64,000 nt of DNA from Podarcis cretensis (taxonomy: Eukaryota). The translations under genes were made by a program, and so were the position numbers. The DNA is taken from contig OX638151.1 in the NCBI GenBank assembly GCA_951804945.1, forward strand, positions 64,356,001 through 64,420,000. The letters run 5' to 3'. The notes under the pieces are model-generated. The model had not been told where the DNA came from. It worked only from the letters and a program-made list of their open reading frames with translations, and did no database searches. Positions 1-12,903 of the stretch are shown here, in pieces. Within the stretch, counting starts at the first letter, position 1. Every line of letters begins with the position of its first letter.

Positions 1-3000
1 ATAAAATGGTTCTGTTTAAAGAAAAATGTATTCCAAAGCAAATGCCTTTGTGTTGTTGTTTTAGTGAAGTTTCAAAGTTAATCGAAAAAAATAATAATTT
101 GGCATTGCATGATTTATTGGGCAAAACTTTCCTGGCTGGAGAGGGTTTCCTAAAAAGTCTCCATATAACTCAAGTTAATTACAAAAATTAATTCTGAAGC
201 AAAGAAGGATAAGCTATATGGGAACAACATCAGGAAGTTTAAAACATGAATTCTATTGAAACAGTGGAGCTCTGGAAAAACCTGCTACAAGCTTTTGTGC
301 ATTTAGGGGGTTTAGAGGCTGGGCATGATCTGTCGTTTTCTGTTTTCCTTTACTTTTATTAAGTTATAGCCCATCTTTTTTGGAAAATCAAAATAGCTTT
401 TAAAGTCTGTTTGCTCCTAGTTTAACATATATAAATAGTTTAGCAAAGGCACAGTGAACAGCATACTGACAAACCATTAAAAGGAAAAGAAGAAGATGAC
501 ACAAGTTTCCCTTGCCAGCTCCCACAACCATCATGTTGCATTTGGGTTTTGCCTTAAAGTCTTTTAAGAAACAGACATTACGAATCAGAGCAGTGTACTT
601 GTAGCATCACTTAATTCAAAAGGCAAAAGGGGATCACAATCAAACAAGGGCTAATGAGAACACAGAGGAACATGACAATTGAGAGTCTCCGTTGACTAGC
701 GAACTAAGTCTGCCGGCTGGACCCAATTGTCTACCAAAGAATTGAATGTCAGGATCATTTAGGGTTAACAATGGTCCAACACAAGAAAAAGCAGACAGCT
801 ATGAAAAATAGCCGGCATGGTAGCCATTCTGCAGAGACCAGGGATACAAACTTGATAATGAGGCAGTGCATTCACTGCATCCTTCTGCTCTAATTACTAA
901 GGTGAATAGGAAATACTTAATCGAAGACGGGAAGAGGATAAAGAAGGGGGACAAAACACTTGTTTTGTAAACACAAATAGGAGAATATTATTTAAAGAAA
1001 CCTTTTCTACTATATGTGAAATAGTAGCCACAACTCTGCAGTAACTGCAGCATACATTAGCAGGTGCCATTTATGAAACACTTGCAGTGCAGTAAGTAAC
1101 CAAATTCTTTTTGTAAAAGGGGAACTGTTCAGTAGGTGATGGTTTTTAAGTAAGCAGATATAATTCTGAAATCCTAATGTGTATTCTATGGAACTGTTTC
1201 TTTAAAAGAATAGCTTACCTCTAATAATAAATACACTTTCATCATTTAAAAAAATAAATGAAAGAATCAACATTGTACAGGCAAAAAAGTAGAATTTGTG
1301 TGTTAGAACAAAGATTGGCAAAACATGGATGGGTGCTGTGTCTTAAAGTATTTTGGTCAAAAAATATATCATTTGGTAGCTCTGACGGGAAACAATAGCT
1401 GGTGGTTAAAAAACCTTTCATTTCTAGTTCATTTTCATCTACAATGATTTGAAAATGATAATTATAAAAGTTCCACATCAATTCAAAGTTCCTTTGGGTT
1501 TCAGCTATTAAAGTATACATTTAGAAATGAACTATGTAACATGCAGAAAGTATGACTGAGAAACATCTATATAAGAAAGAGGGCTCACTCTGTTTTGAGG
1601 GATAAGCAGAAAAGTGACAAGAAACCAGAGCATGGTAGTTTGTGGGATAACTTTCTTTCACAAGGAAGGGAAATTTTAACCTTGTCCTCTGCTTGAGGTA
1701 ACCCATTTACTTTTCAACTCTTTCCCTTATTCTGAGGTAAATATGCTGCATTTCTTAACATACATATTGTGTATCTGGGTTCTTCTTTTGGCACTCTTTT
1801 GGCATTGTTATTACAAGATAATGTCAGACGCTAATAGGACTGGGCATTCCTCCGTTTGCTAAAGATTGATCAGGAATACTCAGTTTTGTGACTGCCATTC
1901 AGCTGCTACTGTTGTTATTTCAAGGACCTGCAGTTAAGTGGAGAAAACTTACTAAGAACACTTTTCCAGTGTATGAAGAAAACACACTAAGCAGGGACTT
2001 GATCAAATGGCCTACATCAAATGACACCTGAGCAAATAATGTCATCACCATTTGTTCAAATTTTTAATAACTCATTTTACTGCATTTGTGGTACATTTCA
2101 CAGGTCTGATCAGAACGGAGATGGAACACAACTTTAGGACACTACACTGCCTTGAGTCCAATGGAAGAAATTTGATATATGAATAAAATAAATTAATTAT
2201 CTACTAACAGCCAACATCCCTATTAACTGCTCTCTGGGGGTTGAATTTGAGGCAATACAGACCTCCATATTATTCTGAGATAACTGTCCTGTCCAAGACT
2301 ACAACTCATCCTGTACTAATTGGGGCTGATGGGAGTTTGAGTCCAGCAACATTTGGAGGGACACAGCAACGTCAGATTTAGAGTGGTGCAGGCAGCCCCC
2401 CCCAGGGTATTAAGCTGAGGGGAATGCAAAATTGAGAAGACCCATAACCTAAAAGATCCAGTGGGGTAGGGGATTTTGGCCTAACACAGGGCACCATATT
2501 ACAAGAGTTTACCAAAGTTCACTCCTAACACATGTTCTCTATCCCTTTTGTAGGCCAAGGTTGTGGTTAGGAGTTAAAAGCAGAGCCATTGCGGAGGTGA
2601 AGAGAGCAATATCTGCGGCTCCAGATACCTTTGGGAAATCTTGGTTGGATATACTGGCCTAGCTGAAAGGCCAGTCTTTTGGAGATTTTCAGCCTCAAAC
2701 TACAAAAAAAGAACAGATTATTTCTTAAGGTTCTTTTCTAATTTTATACCTGCTAACAACCTGTTTGTGCTATCAGTGCAGGTTTGCTACTTTTTATATT
2801 CTTTTTATTCTTTAAATAAAAATGTGTTGGTTTAGCATGTTGATAGTTGCTCTTTGCATAACACCAGTCAGCTGACCAGGGATGTAAGAGTTACCTGGTA
2901 ACAGATGATGCAGGTGGTCTTAAAATAAGGCGGGGGTAGAACTGCCTTCCCTAAATGACTGCTCCTGGCTAAAAGGCTCCAGCCTTAGGGTAAATGGGAA

Positions 3001-4734
3001 TGGAGGCGAACCCATTTAGCCTAGTGCCTGAGCAGGTTTTTAGTGTTCAGAGCCAACTGGCAAGGCTCACCGTTCACTAGAGCCTCCTCTAAAGCAAAAT
3101 CTGGCCTGGTACTCTGGCCTATCAATGCCAACTAGTCATGAGGCTTCATCCAGGACATGGGGCAGCATGTCACTAAATAGCAATTGCTGAGAAACGAGAG
3201 GAGGAAAGGCTATTGGCTTTGTGTCCTGCTTGTTCTGCTTTCCGGTGCGAATGTGCAAAACAAGATGCTAGTCTCAATAGGCCTTTGGTCTGACCCAGAA
3301 AGACTCTCATCTTTTTATGGGCGGAGCCTCATTGCGGGGCCTCGCTGTCATTTTAACTTCCCAAATGCACCCGAAAGAACCAGAGTGTAGGGTACTGTGG
3401 GGAATTTAATGGTGGCACCCAGCCACCCAGTACTCCTCAGGGCACTACTGCTTCCCAACATGACTGCTAGGCAAGCCACCTGTCCCACCAACAGAGGACA
3501 GTGAGCACCAGTGCTCACTTTGCCCAGGCCTTCATTGTGATAGCCTGTGGCTCTCAGTTGGTTGCAGCTTTGTACCTCAAAGGAGTCATTTTCCTTCTTC
3601 CCTAGTCTAGCTGTATTTATGTGCTGTGAATACCCCCCTTGAGTGAGGAAAGTTAAAATACCAACAACGGCAGTGTATTCAACTGAAGCAGCATTTTCAC
3701 TGTCATTGTCTCGGGGGCTGACCAATTCCCTTTTCATTTCCTTGAAGTATTCCTTTAAGTATTCCTTAAATACTTTTCTTTAGCTTGCAAATGCTTCTTT
3801 TAATGGAACAATGTATCTTAACAGTAAAGAAATACATGAATGCATGAAAAAAGCAGACCAATTTTTAGTTACACTTCTATAGTTACACAGGTTGGAAGCG
3901 CAGAAAGCTAGCTGCAGCAGCTGTAAATTTTCTGAGAATTTATCTAACCACAAATACAATGAAATGGGGAAATGGGGCTATATTAAACTGTGCAAGAGAA
4001 GCTGCTGGAACTCAGCCATTTCTGCAACATCCTGTAATTAATTTATTATGACAGGTCTGGCAAACTGAAACACCCAATTCACTTGCGACAGACTTGCGAC
4101 GATATAGATATTTCAAACTCTGTAATAATCACATAAAGGGCAGGTACGTCTGACCAAATGTGGCAGTCAGTGGCAAGGGCAAGACTGTAAAATTAACTGA
4201 ACAAGTTGCTTCTCCAAGATGGCTGCTACCAAGACACTTTTCTGCTGCCTGAAGCAGTGCCCAAATGGTACCTGCCCCCCAACTTGGGCCAACACTTTTC
4301 CTATCCCTGCCTTCATCTATCCCTCCCTCACGGTGTTGCCTAAAGGAAGTCCCTTGGCCCTGCAGAATCGACAGGGCCTCCTCTGTCCTTTTGACCCTAG
4401 AAAAAAAGAAAGCCTATCTGATGAAGAGTGCATTCTTCTATCAAGGTGCATTTCAGTATGGATTGCACAATGCCCCAGTGTTTGTCACCCTCAACTTCAA
4501 GTTATGTTATTATACCACATCATGTTATGTAAAGAAGATGAAGAGTTTCCATTATTTATCTGAACATCCAGAAATGCAGACAAATAATATTCCTTCAGCT
4601 CAGCAGGATGAGGAAAATGAAACTGCATTTTTTGAGGGTTTGAACACAAAACAAAAGAAGTAATTCGGCAACATTGTGAAAAACATTAAACAAAATGGCT
4701 GTGCTTATGTCACAGCTGACATAGGAAGCCTATT

Positions 4735-5038
4735 ACAGATAGGTAGCCGTGTTGGTCTGCCATAGTCAAAACAAAATAATTTTTTTTTCTTCCAGTAGCA
4801 CCTTAAAGACCAACTAGGTTAGTACTTGGTATGAGCTTTCGTGTGCATGCACACTTCTTCAGATACACTGAAACAGAAGTCACCAGACCCTTCTATATAG
4901 TGAGAAGGTGGGGAGGGGTATTACTCAGAAGGGTGGTGGGATTGGGTGATTGGCAGATAGCTGTGATGAGCCTGTTGACGACTCTTAATGACTGCAATAG
5001 GTCTTACAATAGGTCTTATAGGTCTTACAATAGGTCTT
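4735..5038 (-). mobile_element. Penelope-like element fragment (pLTR end) with 14-bp TSD
   Basis: ataggaagcctatt at 4721-4734 and 5039-5052; terminus ...cagaccaacacggctacc (minus); embedded hammerhead core typical of Penelope pLTRs. Confidence 0.8.
4829..4866 (-). ncRNA. Minimal type I hammerhead ribozyme motif
   Basis: Minus strand GTAT-CTGAAGA-A-GTGTG(CATG)CACAC-GAAA-GC-TC-ATAC: stem I GTAT/ATAC, CUGANGA and GAAA core boxes, stem II, palindromic AGCU mini-helix III, UC cleavage site. Confidence 0.75.
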
Positions 5039-8000
5039 ATAGGAAGCCTATTGTGTTCAAAATCCTCTGTCACTCAAAAATGAGCCACGTGGTGTATTCA
5101 GATACACACACAGAATTACTCTGCAATGTCAGCAGGGGGGTGGGTTATGTATACAATTTAAGAAATGTTTTCCCTATATTTGTTTGCAGTGTTTTGGATT
5201 CGCCAATGGGAAACTAGAGCTGAAATACATCATAGCTTACCTTGTAGTTCTTCACCTCTAGAGGCAGAATATACCATTCTAAAGCCATTCCTAAAAACAG
5301 AGCAGCCCATGAAGTAGCATAGTTCAGGCTTTGATGATCAAATCTCTTTAAAATATGCCATAAATATAGAACAGGAGGAGCAAAACAAGGCATGGAGGTA
5401 GGGCGAGTAAGTTTTGTAAATGTCCAAACATTTTGTTTTGATTTCTCAATGCTCCCCATTTGTATCTATCTGCTTAGGGATTTGCAGAGGTAGCATGAGT
5501 CACAACCAATGAAACGGTAGCAGAAAAGAAAGGTGCAATAATAATAACAATAAACACTTACTACCCATGTTTAAATATTTATCTTCATAGAGGTGGCAAG
5601 GTTCATTAGATCCCATAAGTACAAGGGCATTATATTGGTTGTCATGCATTTATTTAACCGGAAGACTTTTAGCCATTCATACAAACTGCTCTGCGTGCCG
5701 TCTAGAGAATTTTAATAGCAACAAAGAAAGAAACTTTAATTTTGTATTGGGTCTTGTTGTATGTGTGTAAGGAGTTACTCTAACCTGTCTTGTCACAACA
5801 CACAATTGTGCCTATGATGATTGTGAATGACATCAGCCTCTAAAAATGCTTTCTATAGCTGAGTTATAGCAATGTGCATAAGCCTTTAATAGGCTTATGA
5901 AAGACGGGGAAGGGAAACAGGGGGTTAATCCTCATTATGGTTTAGTAATATGACATAATGAGAAAGTGACATTTGAAAAGTACACACAATGAAGAACAAA
6001 TGGATCAAGAGTGTGCCATGGGCACTAGAAGAGTCACTCCCAATCCTCTCTCGTTAGCAAGTACATGCTGAAGGCATCCCTCGTCATCTGCAGGATTTAA
6101 CTGGTGGCGGCTCAGTTTCTGGGCCAGTCTATACACAAGCTGCTGCTTCCTCTCTGTTCAGTCCCTCCTGTGCACATGAGTGCATGACGAAACCTCAGCG
6201 TGCATCAGGGTTTAGGCTCCTATAGCCCAAAGGCATATCAATCATCACAGTGGTCTTCTGATTTCCTGCAGCTTGTACTTGTGTAGAATCTGACTCAGGG
6301 CTTATCCACACTTAACCTTTCCTCCGCTCTTTCCATGCACGGTATGCAATTTAAAGAGCCATGTTCAAGCAGCTTATTTATTTATTTATTAGTTTGCTCC
6401 AGAGCTTTCTCCATGAAAACCCAGACTTTAAAGCTCAATCGGAGCACACATCAATCTGTGGACAACCTGAGTTAGTGTTTGCACCAATTTAACTTTAAAG
6501 TGTGGGTTTCCACTGGGAAATCTTGGGGCAAAAAAACACCCTCCCCCCATACTCTTGACACTGAACATAAGAGCATGGCCCTCTTCCTGCAAAGAGCAGG
6601 CTTTAAAGCTAAGTATGGCTAGCTAAGCCCTTATTCTGAGGTTGCTCTGTGTAGTCCCAATTGTATTACACCTGAGCTGAAATGTGAGAATTGGCTTCTT
6701 CAGTCTGTTTCAAAATTGTTGGAGGGGAGGAGGGTGGATAATATCCAGCAGACTTTCCAACCTGCTATTTCACAAAAGGGTAGATAATTTTGCGTGCACA
6801 TATGGCTCCAATCCAATGTGATATTTTTGAAGAGGTCAAGGGGGTTGGCTCCTCCTCCTCCTTCTCCCTCTCTTTACCCATTGCTTGTTCCATTCACCAG
6901 TATGTTCAAACAATCTAGGTCCTTTCAGCTGAGATTTTTCAGAAGGTAATTGGGGATTTTTGTTTTCATGCTTCTGCTAACTGTTTGGAAAATATTCATC
7001 AGAAACCCCCGCCCCTTCCTTTTTGACACCCACAAAAAGAGTAGATCAAAAAGGCAGCAGGCAAGCCACTGTGGGCCGGGCATTCCATAAACAGGGTGCC
7101 GACACTGAAAAAGTGCTTCCTCTGGTTGCTATTTAAGCTATATTACTTTGTAAAGTGCCATGCTTTGATTCTACTACGTAGTACCATATAAAATTAATAA
7201 AATGATGATAAACCAAAACAAAAAACAAAAAAATCCTACCATGGCTATTCTGTGAAGCAATTCCTGCCATAACTGGAAAAAAAAATCCTAGTTTTACAAA
7301 GATGGACAAAGCTATCTCAGTCAGAGCAAACACTGCAGCTGCTGTTGAGCTAGTAGTAGCCACTGGTGTCAATGCTAGTAAATCTAGCCCTTTTTCTCTG
7401 ACACTCTCTCCAGAGCTATGGGCAGCAACATAAGTGCAGGGCTGTGAATAAGAGCAGAAGAGCATTCTATAATCATGACCTTATGCTGGAAACTTTGGAG
7501 GACATGCACTTTCAGGAAAGGAAGTGCTAAAGAAACTGAGGAAGTTCATAAAAGGATGGAATCTGGTCCCTATGTGTAGAAGAGATGCTTGTTTCATCAG
7601 CAGCCTAAAATTTAAAAAATAAATAAATACTAGGAAGCATGTTCTGCAGTGCTGGACTTTATCTTCCAACATCAGGCAACCAACCTCGGCTAAGCATCAA
7701 CTGCCTCTGCGCCAGCATTTCCACACTTCTTTACTTGGCTGTATGTTTTCAAAAGAACAGGCCATGAATTACTAAGCAATGGTATGCTCAGATGCGGCTT
7801 GACATGGCAGGCTGGGGACCTTTATCCTCAAGAGCATAAGAGGCCTGCCCACCTAGGCCAGTACTGTACACTGTTCTCACAACTAACCAGAAGTTCATGG
7901 GAAGCTCAGAAGCAGGACTTGGGCACAGCTCTCCACTTGTAATTCCCGGCAACTGCTGTTCAGATGGATCTACGCACATGTAAACATTCACAGATAACTT

Positions 8001-9056
8001 GTGGGAGACTCTGCCCCAGGTACCTAAGTGGGCACAGTGACTCTTGTTTGAAACAAATTCCAGAAAGGGAGAGAAATGTTGCAAGTCAGGATTTTGATGG
8101 TAACATTAGGTGACCCTGGAAACACCAGCCTCTAATTACGCTCAGGTTAGCTTAAGTCAAGAAACTTTTGCCTTTTAGGGGTTTTTTTGTTTTGGATCTG
8201 TTTCTCTCTCTTTCTCACGGCAACTATTGTCTTTCCCTTTAATAGCTGGGCCCTCTTTGCTCTAACGCTGAGGTGGAGCATGGCCAGAACAGCTGAAAGC
8301 CTTGGAGTCTTTGTTCTCTTGGAAAGGGGAAAGGCTCTCTTCCCCCCTAGGCTTTATAGTACTCTTAAATGAAGATATAATTATGATCCAGAGATAAGAG
8401 GTACATGTTGGAGGTACTGGAATGAAGAAAGAAAGGCAGCCCCACCTCCGCAGTCATCACGAAATGAGAGTGTTTGTCTATGGGATGGGATGGAGTTAAG
8501 TCAGGAAAAACACTTGCCTCACAAGTTGTATAACCCACTCCCTTGCATGAATCATTAAAGCAGTAATAAACATTTCCCCGGTTTTGTTTGTTCCTCCGTC
8601 CTCCGGTTTCTCTCTAGCAAGGAACTGGGGAAGGGGTCACCAACCTTGGGGACCTGCGGGCAGTGCTTTTTTCTTCTTCTCCTAGAAAAATAGATGCTGG
8701 TACTCACCATGAAGTTGTTATAGTAAGTGCAACAGTTTATAACAAAGCAGAGAAACTGTTGTGGACACACCCACACCCACCACAATCTGTTTTATTGGCT
8801 ATACTTCTCTCAAACTTAATTTCAGCTGGGGAAGTGGATCCTATGGGCATCAGGGAAGGCTTTGGCTGAGCCATGTGCACCTGTGGGCACCATGATGGCA
8901 ACTTATGAAACAGAGCAAGACATGCTGGTCCAAGACCTTACCAAACGTTGCAGCTCTGCAGTGTGAGTTGGTGTCAGCAAGTTGCAGTCTTTCAGGGTAT
9001 GGACAAGCACATTGACCAAATATGAGGCAGCTTCCTCAGACTGCAAACCCGTACAC

Positions 9057-9185
9057 CAGGAGTGGGGAACCTTTGACCCTCCAGATGTTGCTGGCCCATA
9101 ACTACCAGCATCCCCAGCAAGTAGCTGATGGCCAGGGATGCTGGGAGTTGCAAGTCAGCAAAATCTGGAGGGGCAGGGCTCCTGC
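9057..9185. mobile_element. Short palindromic non-autonomous DNA element (hAT/Charlie-like MITE), degraded
   Basis: ggggaacctttgaccctccagatgttgctg...cagcaaaatctggagggc inverted arms; related copies at ~2300-2360, ~11420-11515 and ~60800-61040. Confidence 0.6.
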
Positions 9186-10685
9186 TTCCTTAAGATCTGT
9201 ATGGAAGAGTTCATTGCAGCAAATGTAGTTTGTCATGCTTGTCCTTCCACCCCCAACTTTCAAAGGCACAGGAGCCTTGCTCACTTTTGCATCCAACCAC
9301 TCTAGTGTGTTCATATGTTGCGACACCACCAATCCTTGTGACATTTCACAGAACAAAAGGTGGTCGCTGCCTTGGGAGATTACTTCTGACAGTTTGCATC
9401 CTTAACATTTTTTGTTCATTTCTTAACAGTGAAAGTCATATTGAGCAAACAGGTGCTTAAGATCTAATCACAGGCAATAGTTTTGCCAATGCAGGGCAAA
9501 ACAGAGCTTTCCTGTTGCACAGGTCCTTATTTGTTAACTTCCCCATATATAAAACATTGACTGAATAATGAGACGTAATGCTCAACAGCAAGAGAGAACA
9601 CGGGAAGGAACGAGAGTTATGTGCAGCCCCAGTTTGTCATTTGTTAGGAACTACCTATGTTGGGCTGACAGCACCTATTGTTCTGATACAATTGAAGGGT
9701 GTCCAAGTTCTTTGCATCATTAGATTATCACCATGGTGCTAAAGCTTCAGTTCCTGCACAATCTAGGAGTTTCAAGGCATCATGAAGCTTTTATCTGTCT
9801 CTCTCATCTAATCTCTGTGAATGAAGGAGCAAAGCATTTTTTTAACCTGAATGTAAGCTTGGCCACACCTGTATATGCAAAATGACCCTGACTTATAATC
9901 ACAAGAGGGAATGGCATGTTAAGTTCCTGTTTTCCTGTATAGTCAATGTCATGTAAGTAATGAAAACAACTTGTTCAGATAGAAAAGATACTGAGAAATT
10001 ATGGTAATGTGAAATGTAAAACCAGATAGTTCAAATAAAAGGGTGCTTTGGATAGTAACAGCAAGACTGTTGTTGTTCTTTATCTGTGCAGTTGCTACTA
10101 AGATTTATACTCTGTCCTTCACATACATCATCAGGGTGAATATATTCTTTCCTGACTGTATGAGATTGTCATTATTTTCTGAAATGCCTGCTCAGTTTAT
10201 GGTTCCTAGAGGGAGTATTAAAAGGCTACAGATTAATTCATGTGCACTACAACTTTCATCACTCCCAGCCTCTTGTAGGCAATCGCCAAGGATGTTGGGA
10301 ATTGTAGTTGGAATACATGGAGGACTCCATGTTAGCCAACCCTGGTATACTAAACATTTATATTCTGGTCCTTTCCCTCGCCCCCACACACATATACAGG
10401 CTCCCACAAAAGGCTAAAAATATGTTAGCCTTCATATCACCACACGTCTGAGGACAGCTCCCACACAATGTATCTAATTTGGCAGTTCCACTGACCCACA
10501 CCAACACCAAATGCTCCAAAAGTGACAAGTCTGTCAGACTGTGCTTTTTAAAAGGCCTTGTCATGCATGTTCTGAGACCTCTGGAGTATAAGGTGACAAC
10601 TCATTACATCATGGATTGCTGTGCCATTCTCAGTCATAATGTTTTCTGTACATCTGTGGTGAGATATACTGTATCCTCAAAGTAT

Positions 10686-10735
10686 TTTAACACCTTGTTA
10701 AAAGACATGTTTTAACACCTTGTTAAAAGACATGT
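10686..10735. repeat. Perfect 25-bp tandem duplication
   Basis: tttaacaccttgttaaaagacatgt x2. Confidence 0.95.
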
Positions 10736-12760
10736 GATCTCCCTAGTATATATCACAATTCTGTGATGAGTGGGACTGTTTCAATACCAGATTACACTGC
10801 CTGCAATCCTATACATACTGAGCTGGGAGACTAAGCTCCACTGAAAACAGTAAGATATACCTCTGAGTAGACATGTATAGGATTGCACTATAAATTACTT
10901 ACATACTCTGTGCAGCAAAAATATCAGCATAGGTTACAGGCAAAAAAGTGTGAATCAATCCTGAACAAAACTATTTACTTGCCAATAAACCTTACTGATA
11001 TAATAGGGAAACACTGCTAATTAATTCTGTTGAGGACTCTAGTGTCAGAAATTAAAGGGATGTTTTTTAACCCCCTGCAACAGTAAACAAAACAGCCACA
11101 ACAATCCTGATGTTCATCCATAAATAAGTGGAAATTATGTATCTTTGGAATGAAGAATCTAGGAACTTCACATATGCACAGTCATAACTAGTTAACAGCA
11201 GTATGAAGTAACCAAGTAGGGTAGCTTTCTTTTAAGAGCTGCCTTTGAAGATGTCCTAAGGTCCAGTTTAAAGATGAAGACCCATAAGAAGGGAGAGCAG
11301 CAGAGGCCTTGAAGTTGCCCATGAAGAGTTGGCACTTGGGCAGGAGCCTGATAGAGTCGCAGACACACAGTGACAAAATATATATTTAGAACTACTACTG
11401 AAGTCATGGATAGCAAATGTGGTACCTTTCAGATGTTGGCCTACAACTCCCATCAGCCAAAGCCAGCATGGCCAGTGGTCAGAATTTATGAGAGTTGTAG
11501 TCTAACCATATTTGTTACCCTTACCTTAAATTGCAGAGGCCTGCCTTAAATAATTTCCCAGACACAAGCAGTGCAGCCATCTGAAAAGCAATGGCTTTTA
11601 GCAATCAGCTGTGAGTCATGGTAGACCTGTGCAGAGAGCCTGAGTGCCAGGGGAAGTCAACATACAACAGGAAGCAAGTTTGGCCTTTCAGCTCTGCACC
11701 TAGGTGCAACACATTAAAGCTGCATGCGTGGTCATCTGTACCTTAAAAATCTTGAGTATTCCAGATTCTTTGGAGGTGACTTACTATATACATTAGGAAT
11801 GGGCCAGACAGAGTGGTCAGTGGGGAGCTGCATTTGGTTCCCCATCCCAAATACGCAGCTTACACAAAGAAACACAGTTTCTATAGAATACACCATTCTG
11901 TGGATGTTAAGAACATAAAAAGAGCAAATGACCTATCTAGTCCAGCATCCAATTTTCACAGAGGCCAACCACACATACATAATTTTATTTGTAAGCCACC
12001 TTTCCACAGTTCAAACCGTGCTCATTGTGGCTTACTGCATGGGGGAAATCATAGTCATAAACAATAGAATGTTGAAAATATGTGAACAAACTGAGCAACT
12101 GCCATACAAATCACAAGATCTAAAATAAAGATGCAGAAAACCAACAGCAACGATAGCAACCTCCCTGCCGCAACAACAACAACAAAACCCTAACGACATC
12201 CCAGCCCTAGAGTCTGTTCAGCAGCCTCAGCTTTTGTAGCTGGAGTCAGTCAGGGTCCTGCCCTCCCAGGCCTGTGGAAAACTAGCAAGCACAATCCTAG
12301 CACAATAGGCTCAGAGCAGGGCCAGAAGGTGCAATAATGCCTCCACTGCCCCACCATCATACTGCTTATCTGAGGCATTAAGGCCATCAGCATAAAGCTG
12401 AATAGCAGCATAACCAGGGAGTGACTAATTGACTATTGCATATGTCTTACCCCACAAGTGTCCTGGAAAAACTGGGTCACCCCACTTTTCTCATCATGCT
12501 CACGCAATTTCACAGTGCAATCTTTCCTCCCCCTTTTTTCCCCTCCCTCCCCCAAAAGTACAGGTACTTTGTCCTGAATCCCTGACCTACCTAGTGTCGT
12601 CAGTATGTCAAGTCCCCAGTTGAGGATCAATCCACGTGTCCAAAGTCCAAACTGAAGGACAGTGCTGCAGAGATCCTGGAGCACCCAAGGTGAGGTCCAT
12701 CAACATGGGCAGCTGAGCAGACACAGCACCTCAGCTCTGCTGCCCTTTTATAATGTGAAC

Positions 12761-12903
12761 AATCACATGCAACACGCAGCTAATAATGTTCTAACAAAAT
12801 ATTTGTAACATGTATTATTTCACAAGAATTACTTAGAATTGTGAAATAATACAGGTTACAAATATTTTGTTAGAACATTGTTAGCCGTGTGTTGCCTGTG
12901 ATT
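12761..12903. repeat. Long inverted repeat (65-bp arms, 13-nt spacer, 5 mismatches)
   Basis: 12761-12825 is the reverse complement of 12839-12903. Confidence 0.92.

Noticed and set aside
4418-4445. Second hammerhead at ctgatgaagagtgcattctt
   Set aside because: CUGAUGA is present but no GAAA box or UH site follows the stem.
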